Shown: positions 25,031 to 37,950 of the stretch, in pieces
Layout: every line of letters starts with the position of its first letter
How positions within the stretch are numbered: position 1 is the stretch's first letter
Program-made: the position numbers and the translations under genes
The notes under the pieces: model-generated
The model's input: the letters and a program-made list of their open reading frames with translations, nothing else
The model's database searches: none
Told to the model about the DNA's origin: nothing
Source of the DNA: Octopus sinensis
Taxonomy: Eukaryota
Assembly (NCBI RefSeq): GCF_006345805.1
Contig: NC_043020.1
Coordinates: 8,060,001-8,124,000 of the forward strand
Reading direction: 5' to 3'
DNA length: 64,000 bases

Positions 25031-25434
25031 AATAAATATTAGGGAATAAATCCAAATTTACAGGGAAAAAATCAGATTTAGGATTAAATCCAATTTTATA
25101 GTAAAATATTATATAATATTATTAGAGACAAAACCACTATTTTGCAAAACAAACAAGGAAAGACTTAATCAATACATAAAATTTTAATAAAAAGTCAAAA
25201 AAACCGCCACTACAATTGTTTCTTGTCTTGATCGACAATCTTCAGGTGGACTTCCAATAAGTCAGTTTCAAATTTGAAACTGACTTATTGGAAGTCCACC
25301 TGAAGATTGTCGATCAAGACAAGAAACAATTGTAGTGGCGGTTTTTTTGACTTTTTATTAAAATTTTATGTATTGATTAAGTCTTTCCTTGTTTGTTTTG
25401 CAAAATAGTGGTTTTGTCTCTAATAATATTATAT
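25031..25434 (-). mobile_element. Penelope-like element end forming a 324 bp spacer-less palindrome (25111-25434), inserted in (TA)n
   Basis: Centre TTTCAAA|TTTGAAA between 25272 and 25273; arms appear to be exact reverse complements; same family as 15014-15380. Confidence 0.7.
25296..25338 (+). ncRNA. Minimal type I hammerhead ribozyme motif (mirror copy on - strand at 25207-25249)
   Basis: CCAC-CUGAAGA-UUGUC(GAUCAA)GACAA-GAAA-CAAUUG-UA-GUGG; palindromic CAAUUG stem/loop III. Confidence 0.7.
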
Positions 25435-25435
25435 G

Positions 25436-25473
<38 letters not shown>

Positions 25474-25575
25474 TTTGAATTATTATGTATTTGTAATTTT
25501 GTATTGTTAGATTGTTCTAAAAATATGCAACGACTGGATAAACATTGAAAGAATGAACAACAATAAAAGACTCCA

Positions 25576-25678
<103 letters not shown>

Positions 25679-25769
25679 TAAAAGGTAGTTCTCAATATTG
25701 AGGTTGTTTCTGAACATCTATTGAGAAAAACTATTTCAGGGAAGCATCTAGAAACTCAAACATTTGGTC

Positions 25770-25799
25770 TACTACTACTACTACTACTACTACTAGTAA

Positions 25800-25834
<35 letters not shown>

Positions 25835-26060
25835 TGCTAGTAGTAGTAGTATGCTAGTAGTAGTAGTATGCTAGTAGTAGTAGTATACTAGTAGTAGTAT
25901 GCTAGTAGTAGTAGTAGTAGTAGTAGTAGTATGCTAGTAGTAGTAGTATGCTAGTAGTAGTAGTATGCTAGTAGTAGTAGTATACTAGTAGTAGTAGTAG
26001 TATACTAGTAGTAGTAGTATACTAGTAATAGTAGTATACTAGTAATAGTAGTAGAAGTAG
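25770..26060. repeat. (TAG)n microsatellite with periodic TATGC/TATAC interruptions
   Basis: Direct reading. Confidence 0.9.
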
Positions 26061-26495
26061 TGGCAGCAGTGTTTCTATTGGTACACACACACGCACGCGC
26101 ACGCACGCACATGCTCATAGATGCGAGAGCATGTGTATGTTTAAAAATAGACTGCGGCATGGCTGAATGCCTTCGAAGTTTGCTTCCCAATCACAAGATC
26201 CAAGGTTCGATTTCACAGCATGACGTCTTGGCCAAGCATCATTTACCATGCCGAGTCTCGCTCTTGCTGTCACTGCTGCTTCACATCCACCACATCTCCC
26301 AAATAAAAAAAAACCCTCTCACCATTTCCACCTCTTCACATAGCATTTCCACTGGTTCCGCCAGCACTCCTGCTCCTTTCTAAAATCTCCCACAAATAAA
26401 ATCTGAATGCTAAAGAATGACAACAGGTTCATTCCATCTTGTGTTATGTTTATTTATGTATATATGTATGTGTATATATATATATATACACAGGA

Positions 26496-26870
26496 GGCGC
26501 AGGAGTGGCTGTGTGGTAAGTAGCTTGCTAACCAACCACACGGTTGCGGGTTCAGTCCCACTGCGTGGCATCTTGGGCAAGTGTCTTCTGCTATAACCGC
26601 CGGGCCGACCAATGCCTTGTGAGTGGATTTGGTAGACGGAAACTGAAAGAAGCCTGTCGTATATATGTATATATATGTATATGTGTGTGTGTTTGTGTGT
26701 CTGTGTTTGTCCCCCTAGCATTGCTTGACAATCGATGCTGGTGTGTTTACGTCCCCGTCACTTAGCGGTTCGGCAAAAAGAGACCGATAGAATAAGTACT
26801 AAAAGGTGGTGCTCCAGCATGGCCGCAGTCAAATGACTGAAACAAGTAAAAGAGTAAAAGAGTAAAGAGT
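26496..26870 (+). mobile_element. Family B SINE with short internal deletion
   Basis: GAATAAGTACT joined directly to AAAAGGTGGTGCTCC; (GAGTAAAA)n tail. Confidence 0.85.
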
Positions 26871-26890
26871 ATATATATATGTGTGTGTGT

Positions 26891-27036
26891 CATCATCATC
26901 ATCATCATCGTTTAGCGTCCGTTTTCCATGCTAGCATGGGTTGGACGGTTCTACTGGGGTCTGTGAAGCCAGAAGGCTTCATCAGGCCCAGTCAAATCTG
27001 GCAGTGTTTCTACGGCTGGATGCCCTTCCTAACGCC
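26891..27036 (-). mobile_element. Family D retroposon 3' end
   Basis: Identical over ~135 bp to the inverted copy at 28803-28945. Confidence 0.8.
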
Positions 27037-27357
27037 AACATGTAAAAATATACAAACTGGGACAAGAACGCAAAATATTTAGAAGACGATACAAAAAACA
27101 CGGACGGGACATTCAAAGCCTTCAATCTTCAGTCAAGAACCAGATCATCCTCGCAATTTCGGTTGATTAATCTTGAGTCTGGCAGTGTTTCTACGGCTGG
27201 ATGCCCTTCCTAACGCCAACATGTAAAAAAATACAAACTGGGACAAGAACGCAAAACATTTAGAAGACGATACAAAAAACACGGACGGGACATTCGAAGC
27301 CTTCAATCTTCAGTCAAGAACCGGATCATCCTCGCAATTTCGGTTGATTAATCTTGA
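26997..27357. repeat. 181 bp tandem duplication spanning a D-element/unknown-repeat junction
   Basis: TCTGGCAGTGTTTCTACGG...TAATCTTGAG at 26997 and 27178. Confidence 0.85.
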
Positions 27358-27403
27358 GATTGCTCCGACCTGGCCAGCCCCAAAGGAAAATCTAAGCCAA
27401 GCA

Positions 27404-28265
27404 CAGGGTGTGATGGGTAAATTGTCACAACTTTATAGTTTTAATTTCATGCATATGTGCATTGTGTGTTTTTGATTTTGTCAACTCACAGTATAGTAGG
27501 GTCAGTTGGGCACCATCCGTGAGAAGAACAGCACAATGATACAATTCACTCTGCCTGAAATTTGGAAACAACATGCTTGGCACTCATGCCAGAAGCTCCA
27601 ACACAAACATTTCAGAGTGTTTGGGTGAGGACAGTGCAATCTGAGACCATGTACTGAGATTGATAAAAATCAAACATCCAGTCAACATCATAGTGTTTGG
27701 AGTGATCCCTAGTGATGGCAACATTTTGCTTCCATTCATTTACCCACACGACCTCAGACTTAATATGGAAGCCTACATCAAGTGCCTGGAGAAGGCAGTG
27801 CTGCCCTGAATCAACAGGGTGTCTGCTGGAAGACCCTGTGTCTGGCAACAGGATTCTGCATCATGTCACACAAGCAGGAAGACCCAGTTATGGCTGTCAT
27901 ATGATTTCTGCAACCACATCACCCCTAACCTCTGGCCACCTAACTCCCCAGACTGCAACCCCCTTGATTATTATGGGTGGGGCGCAGTTGAGCAAAAGAC
28001 TAACAAAACTCTTTGTAACACTGAAGATGAACTGAAGACAAGGATTATGGCAGCATTCACCAGCTTAAGCAAGGAGACTGTCCAGAAGATTCCAAAGTCG
28101 TTTGGAGGTCGTGGTTGAAGCCAACGGTGATTTTATTGAATAAATTTGCTCCTTAGTATTTCAAGATATTTTTGTGCAATTTTGGTAAATATATCTGTTA
28201 AAATGAGATGTCAGTGTATTTTCATTTTTGCGTAATTTAGACAACAGTTTATTCACCGTACCCTG
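27404..28265 (+). mobile_element. Internally deleted Tc1/mariner (DD37D, maT-like) transposon relic
   Basis: 27819-28118 encodes WQQDSASCHTS...WPPNSPDCNPLDYYGWG with 37 residues between the 2nd and 3rd catalytic D; degenerate CAGGGT... / ...ACCCTG-TA ends. Confidence 0.8.
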
Positions 28266-28802
28266 TATATATATATTTATATATTCCTTCTGTGGACTTT
28301 GCCCTTTCTCTTTTCCGATGAAGAGCTATGCTCAAAATGTCAAAGACTCTCTATCGAACATCAAACTAATACATTCCTTGTGCATGTCCTCTTGTCTGTT
28401 ATTGTAAATTTTATTGTTTGTTTAATTGAATTGACTCTACATACATACATACATACGAACATACGCACAACTAGCTGATAACATATAAGAAGGGAACTGT
28501 AGTCACAGTCGTGTTTATTTCAACAATTATCTGTGTGTAAACAAACTCTACACACACTAACAGTGTGACAGTTGCTATTGCTGCTACAAGAGCCCTCATC
28601 ATCGTTTTAGTTCGACCTAATCATTGCTCACTTACTCCTGGTCTCCTGACGGGACAGATGATAAGCTTGATATTTTTTTTTGTTAATTTGCGTGTATATC
28701 TATTGCGGGGGAAGATGTGTCTCTAGGGGAGTGTTTTGTGCAGGCAGAAAGATATGGTGTGTACTTCACTAAAGATTGGTAGATAGATAAGTACACTGTG
28801 GT

Positions 28803-28958
28803 GGGCGTTAGGAAGGGCATCCAGCCGTAGAAACACTGCCAGATTTGACTGGGCCTGATGAAGCCTTCTGGCTTCACAGACCCCAGTAGAACCGTCCAAC
28901 CCATGCTAGCATGGAAAACGGACGCTAAACGATGATGATGATGATGATGATGATGATG
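28803..28958 (+). mobile_element. Family D retroposon 3' end
   Basis: GGCGTTAGGAAGGGCATCC...(GAT)n. Confidence 0.8.
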
Positions 28959-29056
28959 AAGTAGTATTTATTATGTAATAGTATCTATCTGGGAAATATA
29001 TAAAATTGTGTAACATGAATCTTTACAAATTTATTTTATCAGGATGTTTCCTATAC

Positions 29057-29096
<40 letters not shown>

Positions 29097-29101
29097 CAAT
29101 G

Positions 29102-29430
29102 AAGGCGCATGGCTCAGTGGTTAGAGTGTCAAGCTTGCAATCGTGAGGTTGTGAGTTTGATTCCTGGACCAGGCTGCGTGTTGTGTTCTTGAGCAAGACA
29201 CTTTATTTCATGTTGCTCCAGTTCACTCAGCTGTAGAAATGAGTTGTGACATCACTTGTGCCAAGCTGTATCATGGCCTTTGCCTTTCCCTTGGACAACA
29301 TCAGTGGTGTGGAGCGAGGATGCTGGTATGCATGAGCGACTGTTGGCCTTCCACAAACAACCTTGCCCGGACTTGTGCCTCGTAGGATAACTTTCTAGAT
29401 GCAATCCCATGGTCATTCATGGGTCTCCAA
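29102..29430 (+). mobile_element. tRNA-derived CORE-type SINE
   Basis: A-box TGGCTCAGTGG, B-box-like GAGTTTGATTCC, CORE-like TTCTTGAGCAAGACACTT and CACTCAGCTGTAGAAATGAG. Confidence 0.7.
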
Positions 29431-29449
29431 AGGGGTCTCCTCCCCACTA

Positions 29450-29875
29450 TACTCTTTTACTCTTTTTACTCTTTTACTTGTTTCAGTCATTTGACTGCGG
29501 CCATGCTGGAGCACCGCCTTTTAGTCGAGCTAATCGACCCCGGGACTTATTCTTTTGTAAGCCCAGTACTTATTCTATCGGTCTCTTTTGCCGAACCGCT
29601 AACTAACGGGGACATAAACACACTAGCATCAGTTGTCAAGCAATGCTAGGGGGACAAACACAGACACACAAACACACACACGCATATATATATATATATA
29701 TATACATATATACGACGGGCTTCTTTCAGTTTCCGTCTACCAAATCCACTCACAAGGCTTTGGTTGGCCCGAGGCTATAGTAGAAGACACTTGCCCAAGG
29801 TGCCACGCAGTGGGACTGAACCCGGTACCATGTGGTTGGTAGACAAGCTACTTACCACGCAGCCACTCCTGCGCC
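29450..29875 (-). mobile_element. Family B SINE, full length
   Basis: Reverse complement of family B consensus. Confidence 0.85.
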
Positions 29876-29891
29876 CTATATATATAATCAG

Positions 29892-30275
29892 GTGGAGGCG
29901 CAATGGCCCAGTGGTTAGGGCAGCGGACTCGCGGTCATAGGATCGCGGTTTCGATTCCCAGACCGGGTGTTGTGAGTGTTTATTGAGCGAAAACACCTAA
30001 AGCTCCACGAGGCTCCGGCAGGGGATGGTGGTGATCCCTGCTGTACTCTTTCACCACAACTTTCTCTCACTCTTACTTCCTGTTTCTGTTGTACCTGTAT
30101 TTCAAGGGGCCGGCCTTGTCACTCTCTGTGTCACGGTGAATATCCCCGAGAACTACGTTAAGGGTGCACGTGTCTGTGGAGTGCTCAGCCACTTACACGT
30201 TAATTTCATGAGCAGGCTGTTCCGTTGATTCGGATCAACCGGAACCCTCATCGTCGTAACCGACGGAGTGCTTCA
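29892..30275 (+). mobile_element. Family C SINE, full length
   Basis: TSD ATATATAATCA. Confidence 0.85.
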
Positions 30276-30439
30276 ATCAAAACAATATATAATCATCATA
30301 TTCATCGGCGTTGTTGTTTAATGTCTGCTTTCGATGCTGGTATCAGTTGGACAGTTTATTTGTACTGTATTCTTATTATTCAGTTTGTTCGTCACATTCA
30401 AGTACCTGTGTGTTTATTGGTATTTCATTTATTTCATTC

Positions 30440-30520
30440 CATTTGAGAAAAATTGAAGCATGTCTGACAAGTCTAAAGCTTATTGAATTTATTTTGTGTG
30501 TGATTTTTGGCCCACCCTGT
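30440..30520. mobile_element. Tc1/mariner-like terminal fragment
   Basis: Ends TTTTTGGCCCACCCTG-TA. Confidence 0.35.
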
Positions 30521-30739
30521 ATATGTACATATGTATGTGTGTAGAGAGAAAGAGAGAGTGTATGAAAAGATTAGTTTGTGAGTGAGAGAAGAGAAAAGAA
30601 ATCAAGGCAGGATACATTCACACTCAACATTATTAGGTCAACGCAAGAAGTAGAAAGAGTTAACTATGATATTTGAGACCTGTTTTGATACCAGATGTGT
30701 TATAACAGTAAAGGAGTGACTATTACACAAAGTGTATGC

Positions 30740-30788
<49 letters not shown>

Positions 30789-30887
30789 CTGCTGCTGCTG
30801 CTGCTGCAGCAGCAGCATAGTCCCAGTTTAATCCTACTTGAGACACACCTATGATCTATAGGTTTCCAGCCATTACTATTGTGTCTG

Positions 30888-30910
30888 TTAGGGTTAGGGG
30901 TTAGGGTTAG
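30888..30910. repeat. Short interstitial (TTAGGG)n-like run
   Basis: TTAGGGTTAGGGGTTAGGGTTAG. Confidence 0.7.
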
Positions 30911-31260
30911 AAATTTGGGGATGCTCTTCAGCAAATGATACTCTTTGTGGAGATTTCCGGAGATTCGGCTGTTATTTCTGAAACTCTGTGAAACCACATA
31001 GAGGTGCTGTCTTTGTTTCACTTTGTAATTTGTGTGCATATGTGTGTGTGTGTGTGTGTGTGTGTGGTTGCAATATGGAATTGGAATGTTAATGTCTCGG
31101 AATTGCAAAACGTAGTAATGCACTTGTGGCAGTGGCAGTGATGGGGTGGTTATTAAGGACATTCTTTGGTACATGACAGAACAAAACAGACCATTTATTG
31201 CAGTTCTATTCTTCATTTGCTCCAAATGTAGACTATCCCTTCTCTCTGTCTCTCCACAAC

Positions 31261-31303
<43 letters not shown>

Positions 31304-31818
31304 ATATTAACTTATGTTGATTGTCCACGGACATGCAAGACAAAAAGGCCACTTTATCATTGTTGTATTCTAAAGGACAGCATTTGTTTGGTACGACACA
31401 TTCATTATGTAATTGTATAGGAGTGTGGGTGTACATACTGTAATATATAGGTATGGCTTTTAAGCTATAAATAAAAACATACAAATGGTGTTAGTGTGTA
31501 TGGGCATTTACATGTGTGTTCATGCATACATACATATACACACACACACACAATATATATATATATATATGCATATATATATATATAGATATATATATAT
31601 ATATATATATGCATATATATATATATATTATATATATATATATATATTATTATATATATATATATATATGCATATATATATATATATGCATATATAATAT
31701 ATATATATATATATTATATATATGCATATATATATATATGCATATATCTGTCTGATGAACGGCAACGAGAAACTCAGAGTAACAGATTTTGTTGAATTTT
31801 CTGCTGCTTAAAATAAAG

Positions 31819-31865
<47 letters not shown>

Positions 31866-32554
31866 ATATATATATATATATATATATATACATGTGTGTG
31901 GTGTGTGTGTGTGTGCATACTCACAGATAAGTGAGTAAAAAAAGCAAAGAGGGAGCTACTGAACAAAAAATACTACAGAGACAAGTAAAAGCTTGTGTTT
32001 AAAAAGTGTAGAAATATAAAGCAAAAAGTAACAACCAAAGATGTGTACAATGAAGCCGAATACACCAAAGGAAGAAACAGAAGACAATCTAGTGTATTGG
32101 GTGGCACCCTTTGTCATGGGGAAGGAAAAAGAATGGAAAAGTGAGTTGAGAGTCAGGAGAAAGAGAGAAGACCTCTGTTCACATAGGAAATCTCAGGTAG
32201 GATGAAAACTAGTGGTGGAGTAGGATGGCTGGAAGTGGAGGCACAATCTGGGTTGTAATGAGATGAAATCAGGGAAAGAGTAATGAGAGAATGAGAATTG
32301 GTTAGGAAAAGTAGGAGAGAAAGTGAAAAAGAAGGTGGAGAAGAATAGCAAGGGAGAGAAGGCGGGGTGCGAAGTGAGAAGCTCATGAAATTAGTTTTGG
32401 TTTCTGTGTGGTTTGATGTGTAGGTTGTGCATCTTGTTGAAGAGGGCTCCCTATGTGCAGTGTGTTTGTGTGGTGTGTTAGGGTGTGATGAATTGTACAA
32501 AGGGGTAATAGGTTAGAGATACGTTTCTAGATTTAAGATGAGATGATGTGTATA

Positions 32555-32985
32555 CCTATTTCTTTATTACCCACAAGGGGCTAAAACGGAGGGGACAAAC
32601 AAGGACAGACATAGGTATTAAGTCGATTACATCGACCCCAGTGCATAACTGGTACTTAATTTATCGACCTCGAAAGGATGAAAGGCAAAGTCGACCTCGG
32701 CGGAATTTGAACTCACAACGTAACGCAGACGAAATACCGCTAAGCATTTCGCCCGGCGTGCTAACGTTTCTGCCAGACCACTGTGTGTGTGTGCGTTCCC
32801 ATGTTGTGCCAGTGTAGTTTATGGTATGCTTAATCTATAAAGGTTGACTTTGCCTTTCATCCTTTCGGGGTCGATAAATTAAGTACCAGTTCCGCACTGG
32901 GGTCGATGTTATTGACTTAATACCTATGTCTGTCCTTGTTTGTCCCCTCTATGTTTAGCCCCTTGTGGGTAATAAAGAAATAGGT
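32555..32985. mobile_element. Inverted pair of family A1 SINEs (- 32555-32775; + 32841-32981)
   Basis: The + copy is 5'-truncated with TSD GGTATGCTTAATCTATA. Confidence 0.8.
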
Positions 32986-33679
32986 ATGCTTAATCTATAT
33001 GGATGTATAGATATATAGAATAGTGTATATGATCAATTTTTATCAGATTTCTTGGTGCTTATACAACATAATGAAATGAATACTAAAAGAGGAATATTTC
33101 TTACCTTAAAATAAAATTAAATAAAAAAAATTTTTCATTTGTTTAACACCTTTCCATAACTGCTCTCTCATTTCCTCCTCCTCCTCTGTGATTCTTTATC
33201 ATATACACTGTGTGTATAGTGTTTTTTCACTCATTGCCTGCACCAAGCCTAGTATGTGCCCTCATCCTGCACCTCTTACCTCAACTTGTTCTGTATCTCT
33301 CTTTTAGTCTCTCTCTCTCTCTCTCTCTCTCCTCCTTTCACTATATGATTTAAAGTGTGACTGGAAAAATCTACCAACCAACCAACCAACTACCATTTAT
33401 ATTGACTATTATCATATTCATCATCATCACCATCATCATTTAATGTCTGCTCGCCATGTTGGCATGGGTTAGGCGGTTTGACTGGCATGGCTTCTACAGC
33501 TGGATGCCCCTCCTAACACCAACCACTCCCAGGGTATAACGGGAGCTTTTATGTGCCACCAGCACCTGTGCCATTTACATGATACTAACGATGACCACAA
33601 CTACAATTCATGGGTGAGTGCCACGAACATGACACCAGCAACGACTATGATTAATGGCTGCCACTTATATTACACACAC

Positions 33680-34180
33680 ACACACACCACTCTCTTGCAC
33701 GCACACACACACACACTCTCTTGCACGCACACACACACACTCTCTTGCACGCACACACACACACACTCTCTTGCACGCACACACACACACTCTCTTGCAC
33801 GCACGCACACACACACACTCTCTTGCACGCACACACACACACTCTCTTGCACGCACACACACACACACTCTCTTGAACGCACACACGCACACACTCTTGC
33901 ACGCACACACTCTTGCACGCACACACACACACACTCTCTTGTACACACACACACACACATTCTCTTGCACGCACACACACACTCTCTTGCACGCACACAC
34001 ACACACACTCTTGCACGCATACACACACACTCTCTTGCATGCACACACACACACTCTCTTGCACACACACACAGTTACTCTCTTGCACGCACACACACAC
34101 ACTCTCTTGCACGCACACACACACACTCTTGCACGCACACACACACACACTCTCTTGCATGCACACACACACACACACTA
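33680..34180. repeat. Minisatellite [CTCTCTTGCACGC(AC)n]
   Basis: About 20 units with variable AC length. Confidence 0.95.
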
Positions 34181-34399
34181 ACTGCATGCTTTCATTAGAA
34201 GTATATTGTGTTTCGTATGTCTTTACTTTAGTGTTTAAATGTTTTGTATTTTCATTGTCTTTGCGACAATGACAAGAATAAATGAATATCATCATCATCG
34301 TCATCACCGTCATCATTTCAACTGCTAATGTTTCTATCTCTGCTGCCACGGCCACGGTGGTTGCACCATCTGTACTGCCATTCATTATTCCCATCACCA

Positions 34400-34880
34400 A
34401 TACTACCACTCTCACCACCACCACCACCACTCTCACCACCACCACTACCACCACCACCATCACTACCACCACCACCACCACTCTCACCACCACCACTACC
34501 ACCACCACCATCACTACCACCACCACCACCACTCTCACCACCACCACTACCACCACCACCATCACTACCACCACCACCACTACCACCACCACCATCACTA
34601 TCACCACCACCATCACTAACACACCACCACCACCACTCTCACCACCACCACTACCACCACCACCATCACTACCACCACCACCACCACCACTCTCACCACC
34701 ACCACTACCACCACCACCACCACTACCACCACCACTCTCACCACCACCACTACCACCACCACCATCACTACCACCACCACCACCACTCTCATCACCACCA
34801 CTACTGCTACTGTTACTTCCATCACTACCACCACCCTTCATTACTACAACTACAGTCACCACCACTACCACCACCACTAT
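34400..34880. repeat. (ACC)n-derived higher-order repeat
   Basis: ACCACCACTCTC / ACCACTACC / ACCATCACTACC modules. Confidence 0.9.
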
Positions 34881-35364
34881 GGCGATCAATACCCTTAAGT
34901 ACACAGATAGCTATGTATACACATATATACACACATATATATAAGCCATGTTACTTTCCTTCCCATGCCCTTCAACTTCAAGACCTGATCTACAAGAGGG
35001 TTGCTTGCGCTTTCCTTTACAGTTCACCTCTGTTCAGTTACCTTGATTTTTTACTTTTTTGTTTTTCTGTTCGTTATTTTTTTTCTTCTTTCCTCTGAAG
35101 AATTTTTGTGGGGAAGAAATCTCAGTATTCTTCCTCTCATAACAACTCAGTCCCAGCGTTTCCAATACACACACACACATACACACACACATATATATAT
35201 ATATATGTATATGCACTCACAAACATATGCATACACACTTATTTTCCTGATCTGCTGTCTATCTACATGCCTTTCTTCATGACCATTTACCTATATAACT
35301 ACCTATCTTTTTATTAGCTTGTGTATCTTTTCCTTCCCCCCTTCCCCCATCTCTCTTTCGAATA

Positions 35365-35406
<42 letters not shown>

Positions 35407-35566
35407 TAGATAGATAGAGATATACACATATACATACACACATCTATTTATCTTCGAGATTCAGCTTTCTCTCTCATTTTCCCTCAACAATCCTCACCTT
35501 CTAATACATATCTATCTATATATATATATATATATGTAATTTTTTTCAGGGTCTAATAGAATCGAA

Positions 35567-35619
<53 letters not shown>

Positions 35620-37384
35620 CATATAATTTTTTCCAGGGTGTAATAGAATCAAAGTGTATATATATATATATATATTAATATATATATATATATATATATA
35701 TGTTGTATGTATGTATATACATGTATGTATAAAGATCAGTGCTAAAAAAATAAAACAAAAGAATCTGTAAACCATAACAACAGTCTGGATTACTCTTTAG
35801 AGTTGTCACTATCCATGTGGTAGCTAGGCCAAACCAAACCGGAACAAGCAAACAAAAAGCCTGATTGACCAATGAAAATATCATATCTGGCGCCCTTTTC
35901 CACACACATCAGTGCACACAATTTTTGTGTTGAATTACCCAACTACCACCATCACAACCACTGACTCATATCGTGTAATTCACTCCCAGTTTCCATCCTG
36001 TTTCTCTCTGTTATTCCTTCAGCCATAATTGTTGAATATATTTTTTGCACTTCCTCATATGTATTGAGTTCTTTGCTGATTCATCTTTTTTACCCAATGA
36101 TGTTTGCTTTGTCGTTGTGAAAGATTTTATTTCCAGTTTTATGTATATGCTAACATAACACACACACACACGCACGCACGCACACACACATGCACTGAAG
36201 TTGCAAAGTTTTTAGGCAGCAATTTTGCTCGTTTTTTTTTTGTGTTTTTGTATTCTGTATTTCTTCTTTATTATTCTCAGTATACACACTGTGTAAAACT
36301 TGTGCATGTTTATACAGTTGCACACACGCACTCACACACACACTCATATACACCCATGTCCCTATATATATATATACATTGAGAGAGAGAGAGACAGACA
36401 GACAGACAAGTAGATAACTAAATACATGCATACATAAACACACACACTCATATGTATGTATATATATATATGTAACGGATAAAGTGTGTTTCATTTTCAG
36501 TATTTGAACAAACATTTTTTTAGTTATAGTTGTTCTCTGTATTCAAACTCTGGTGGGTTTTTTTTAAAACCTTCACCTGACCCATCCTTGTTTTTGCAGT
36601 ATTTTTTGTTTTTGTTTTACTTGCACAAGTATCTTAAATTTCATTATTATCATTATTATTGTTGCTGTCTGTTGTTGTTGTTGGTCAGCATTGACTAAAA
36701 ATTTATTTCAGGAAAAATAATAGGCCAAAAATCAAAAACTATATACACACCACAAACTCACCTCTCTCTTTCTCTCTCTCCTCACACACACACACACACA
36801 CTATATAAATTTTATATATATTTAAAATGCGCTCACAAAAATAATATATACTATTATTTTATGCATACATTCACACTCACCCCCCATATTCTCCAGTCAC
36901 TCCCTCACTCAGACTTGTTTCCCAATTTGAACTATTTCAAAACTTTCATTATCAGTTTGTGCACTTCTGCTCTACCACCACTGCCACTACTGCTCTTTCC
37001 ACTGCTGTGACTACTGGTATTGTCAAACCTCCCCTCCTGGCTCTAGAGTTTACCTTATCAAAGCTACATTCTGTGTTCATTATTACCGGAGCTTTGCACC
37101 GGTTCAGTACAGTACCGAACAGTTATTAGTACCGTGTGTGGTGTAGAGTAGATTGTTGTTTCACCCTCTTGGTTTAGAACTGATCTCCTTCGTTGAACTG
37201 TGTCATTCAAAAGAAAAACTTCTGCAATATCATCCGATCTAATTATCGTTCAGCTGCTGACTGACTCTAAGTGTTAAAATGTCCATGTAAGAAGAAATTC
37301 TCTTAATATTCTTCTTCTTCAACTTCTTCCTTTTCTTCTTCTTCTTATTGTCATTATTGTTTTAAACTGGAAATCTTAAGTCTT

Positions 37385-37950
37385 TTAATTTACATTCAAG
37401 TCTTACTTTGATTAATTTAAGACCCGTCATATCATATCTATTTAGCTAATTTGAGATTAATCATATCTTATCTATTCAGATTTTACTGTCAGCTAATTTT
37501 TAAAGACTAGTCAGATTTTACCTATTCAGATCTTACTGAGACTGGTCATTATAGTAACTTCTCAAGTCTTAGGGTCTTGCTATCAACTTAAGGTTAGTTA
37601 TATCATACCCATTCAAATCTTACTGTCAATTCATCTAAGACGAGTAAGATCTTACCTATTCAGCTTTTACTAAGACTAGTCATATCGTACATATTCAGGT
37701 CCCAAGGTCTCACTATCGGCTTATTTAAGACTAGTCATATCTTATTCAGATTTTACTCTGTTTATCTAAAACTGGGCAGATCTTAACTATTCAGATCTCA
37801 CTAAGACTAGTCACATTTTTCATATCCAGCTCTTTCTATCAGCTCATATAAGACTAGACATATTCTACCTAAGACAAATCTAAGACTTGTCACATCTTAC
37901 CTATTTGGGTGTTATAACCAGCTTAATGTAAGACTGGCCATGCCTTACCT
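37385..37950. repeat. Degenerate ~35 bp minisatellite (TAAGACTAGTCATATCTTACCTATTCAGATCTTAC-like)
   Basis: About a dozen diverged AAGACTAGTCA / TATTCAGAT(C/T)TTAC units. Confidence 0.75.

Noticed and set aside
33551-35098. 417 aa Val/Gly-rich and Pro/Thr/His-rich ORFs
   Set aside because: Derived from (ACC)n and CTCTTGCAC minisatellites; no splice or codon evidence
35820-35900. ETS-like (CCGGAA) plus CCAAT promoter-like motifs
   Set aside because: Short motifs expected by chance; no independent support
37279-37370. Possible fourth, degenerate sORF paralogue (M*EEILLIFFFF...)
   Set aside because: The ATG is followed at once by TAA, similarity is limited to TTC-rich low complexity, and the ALFF/LLLIAP motifs are absent
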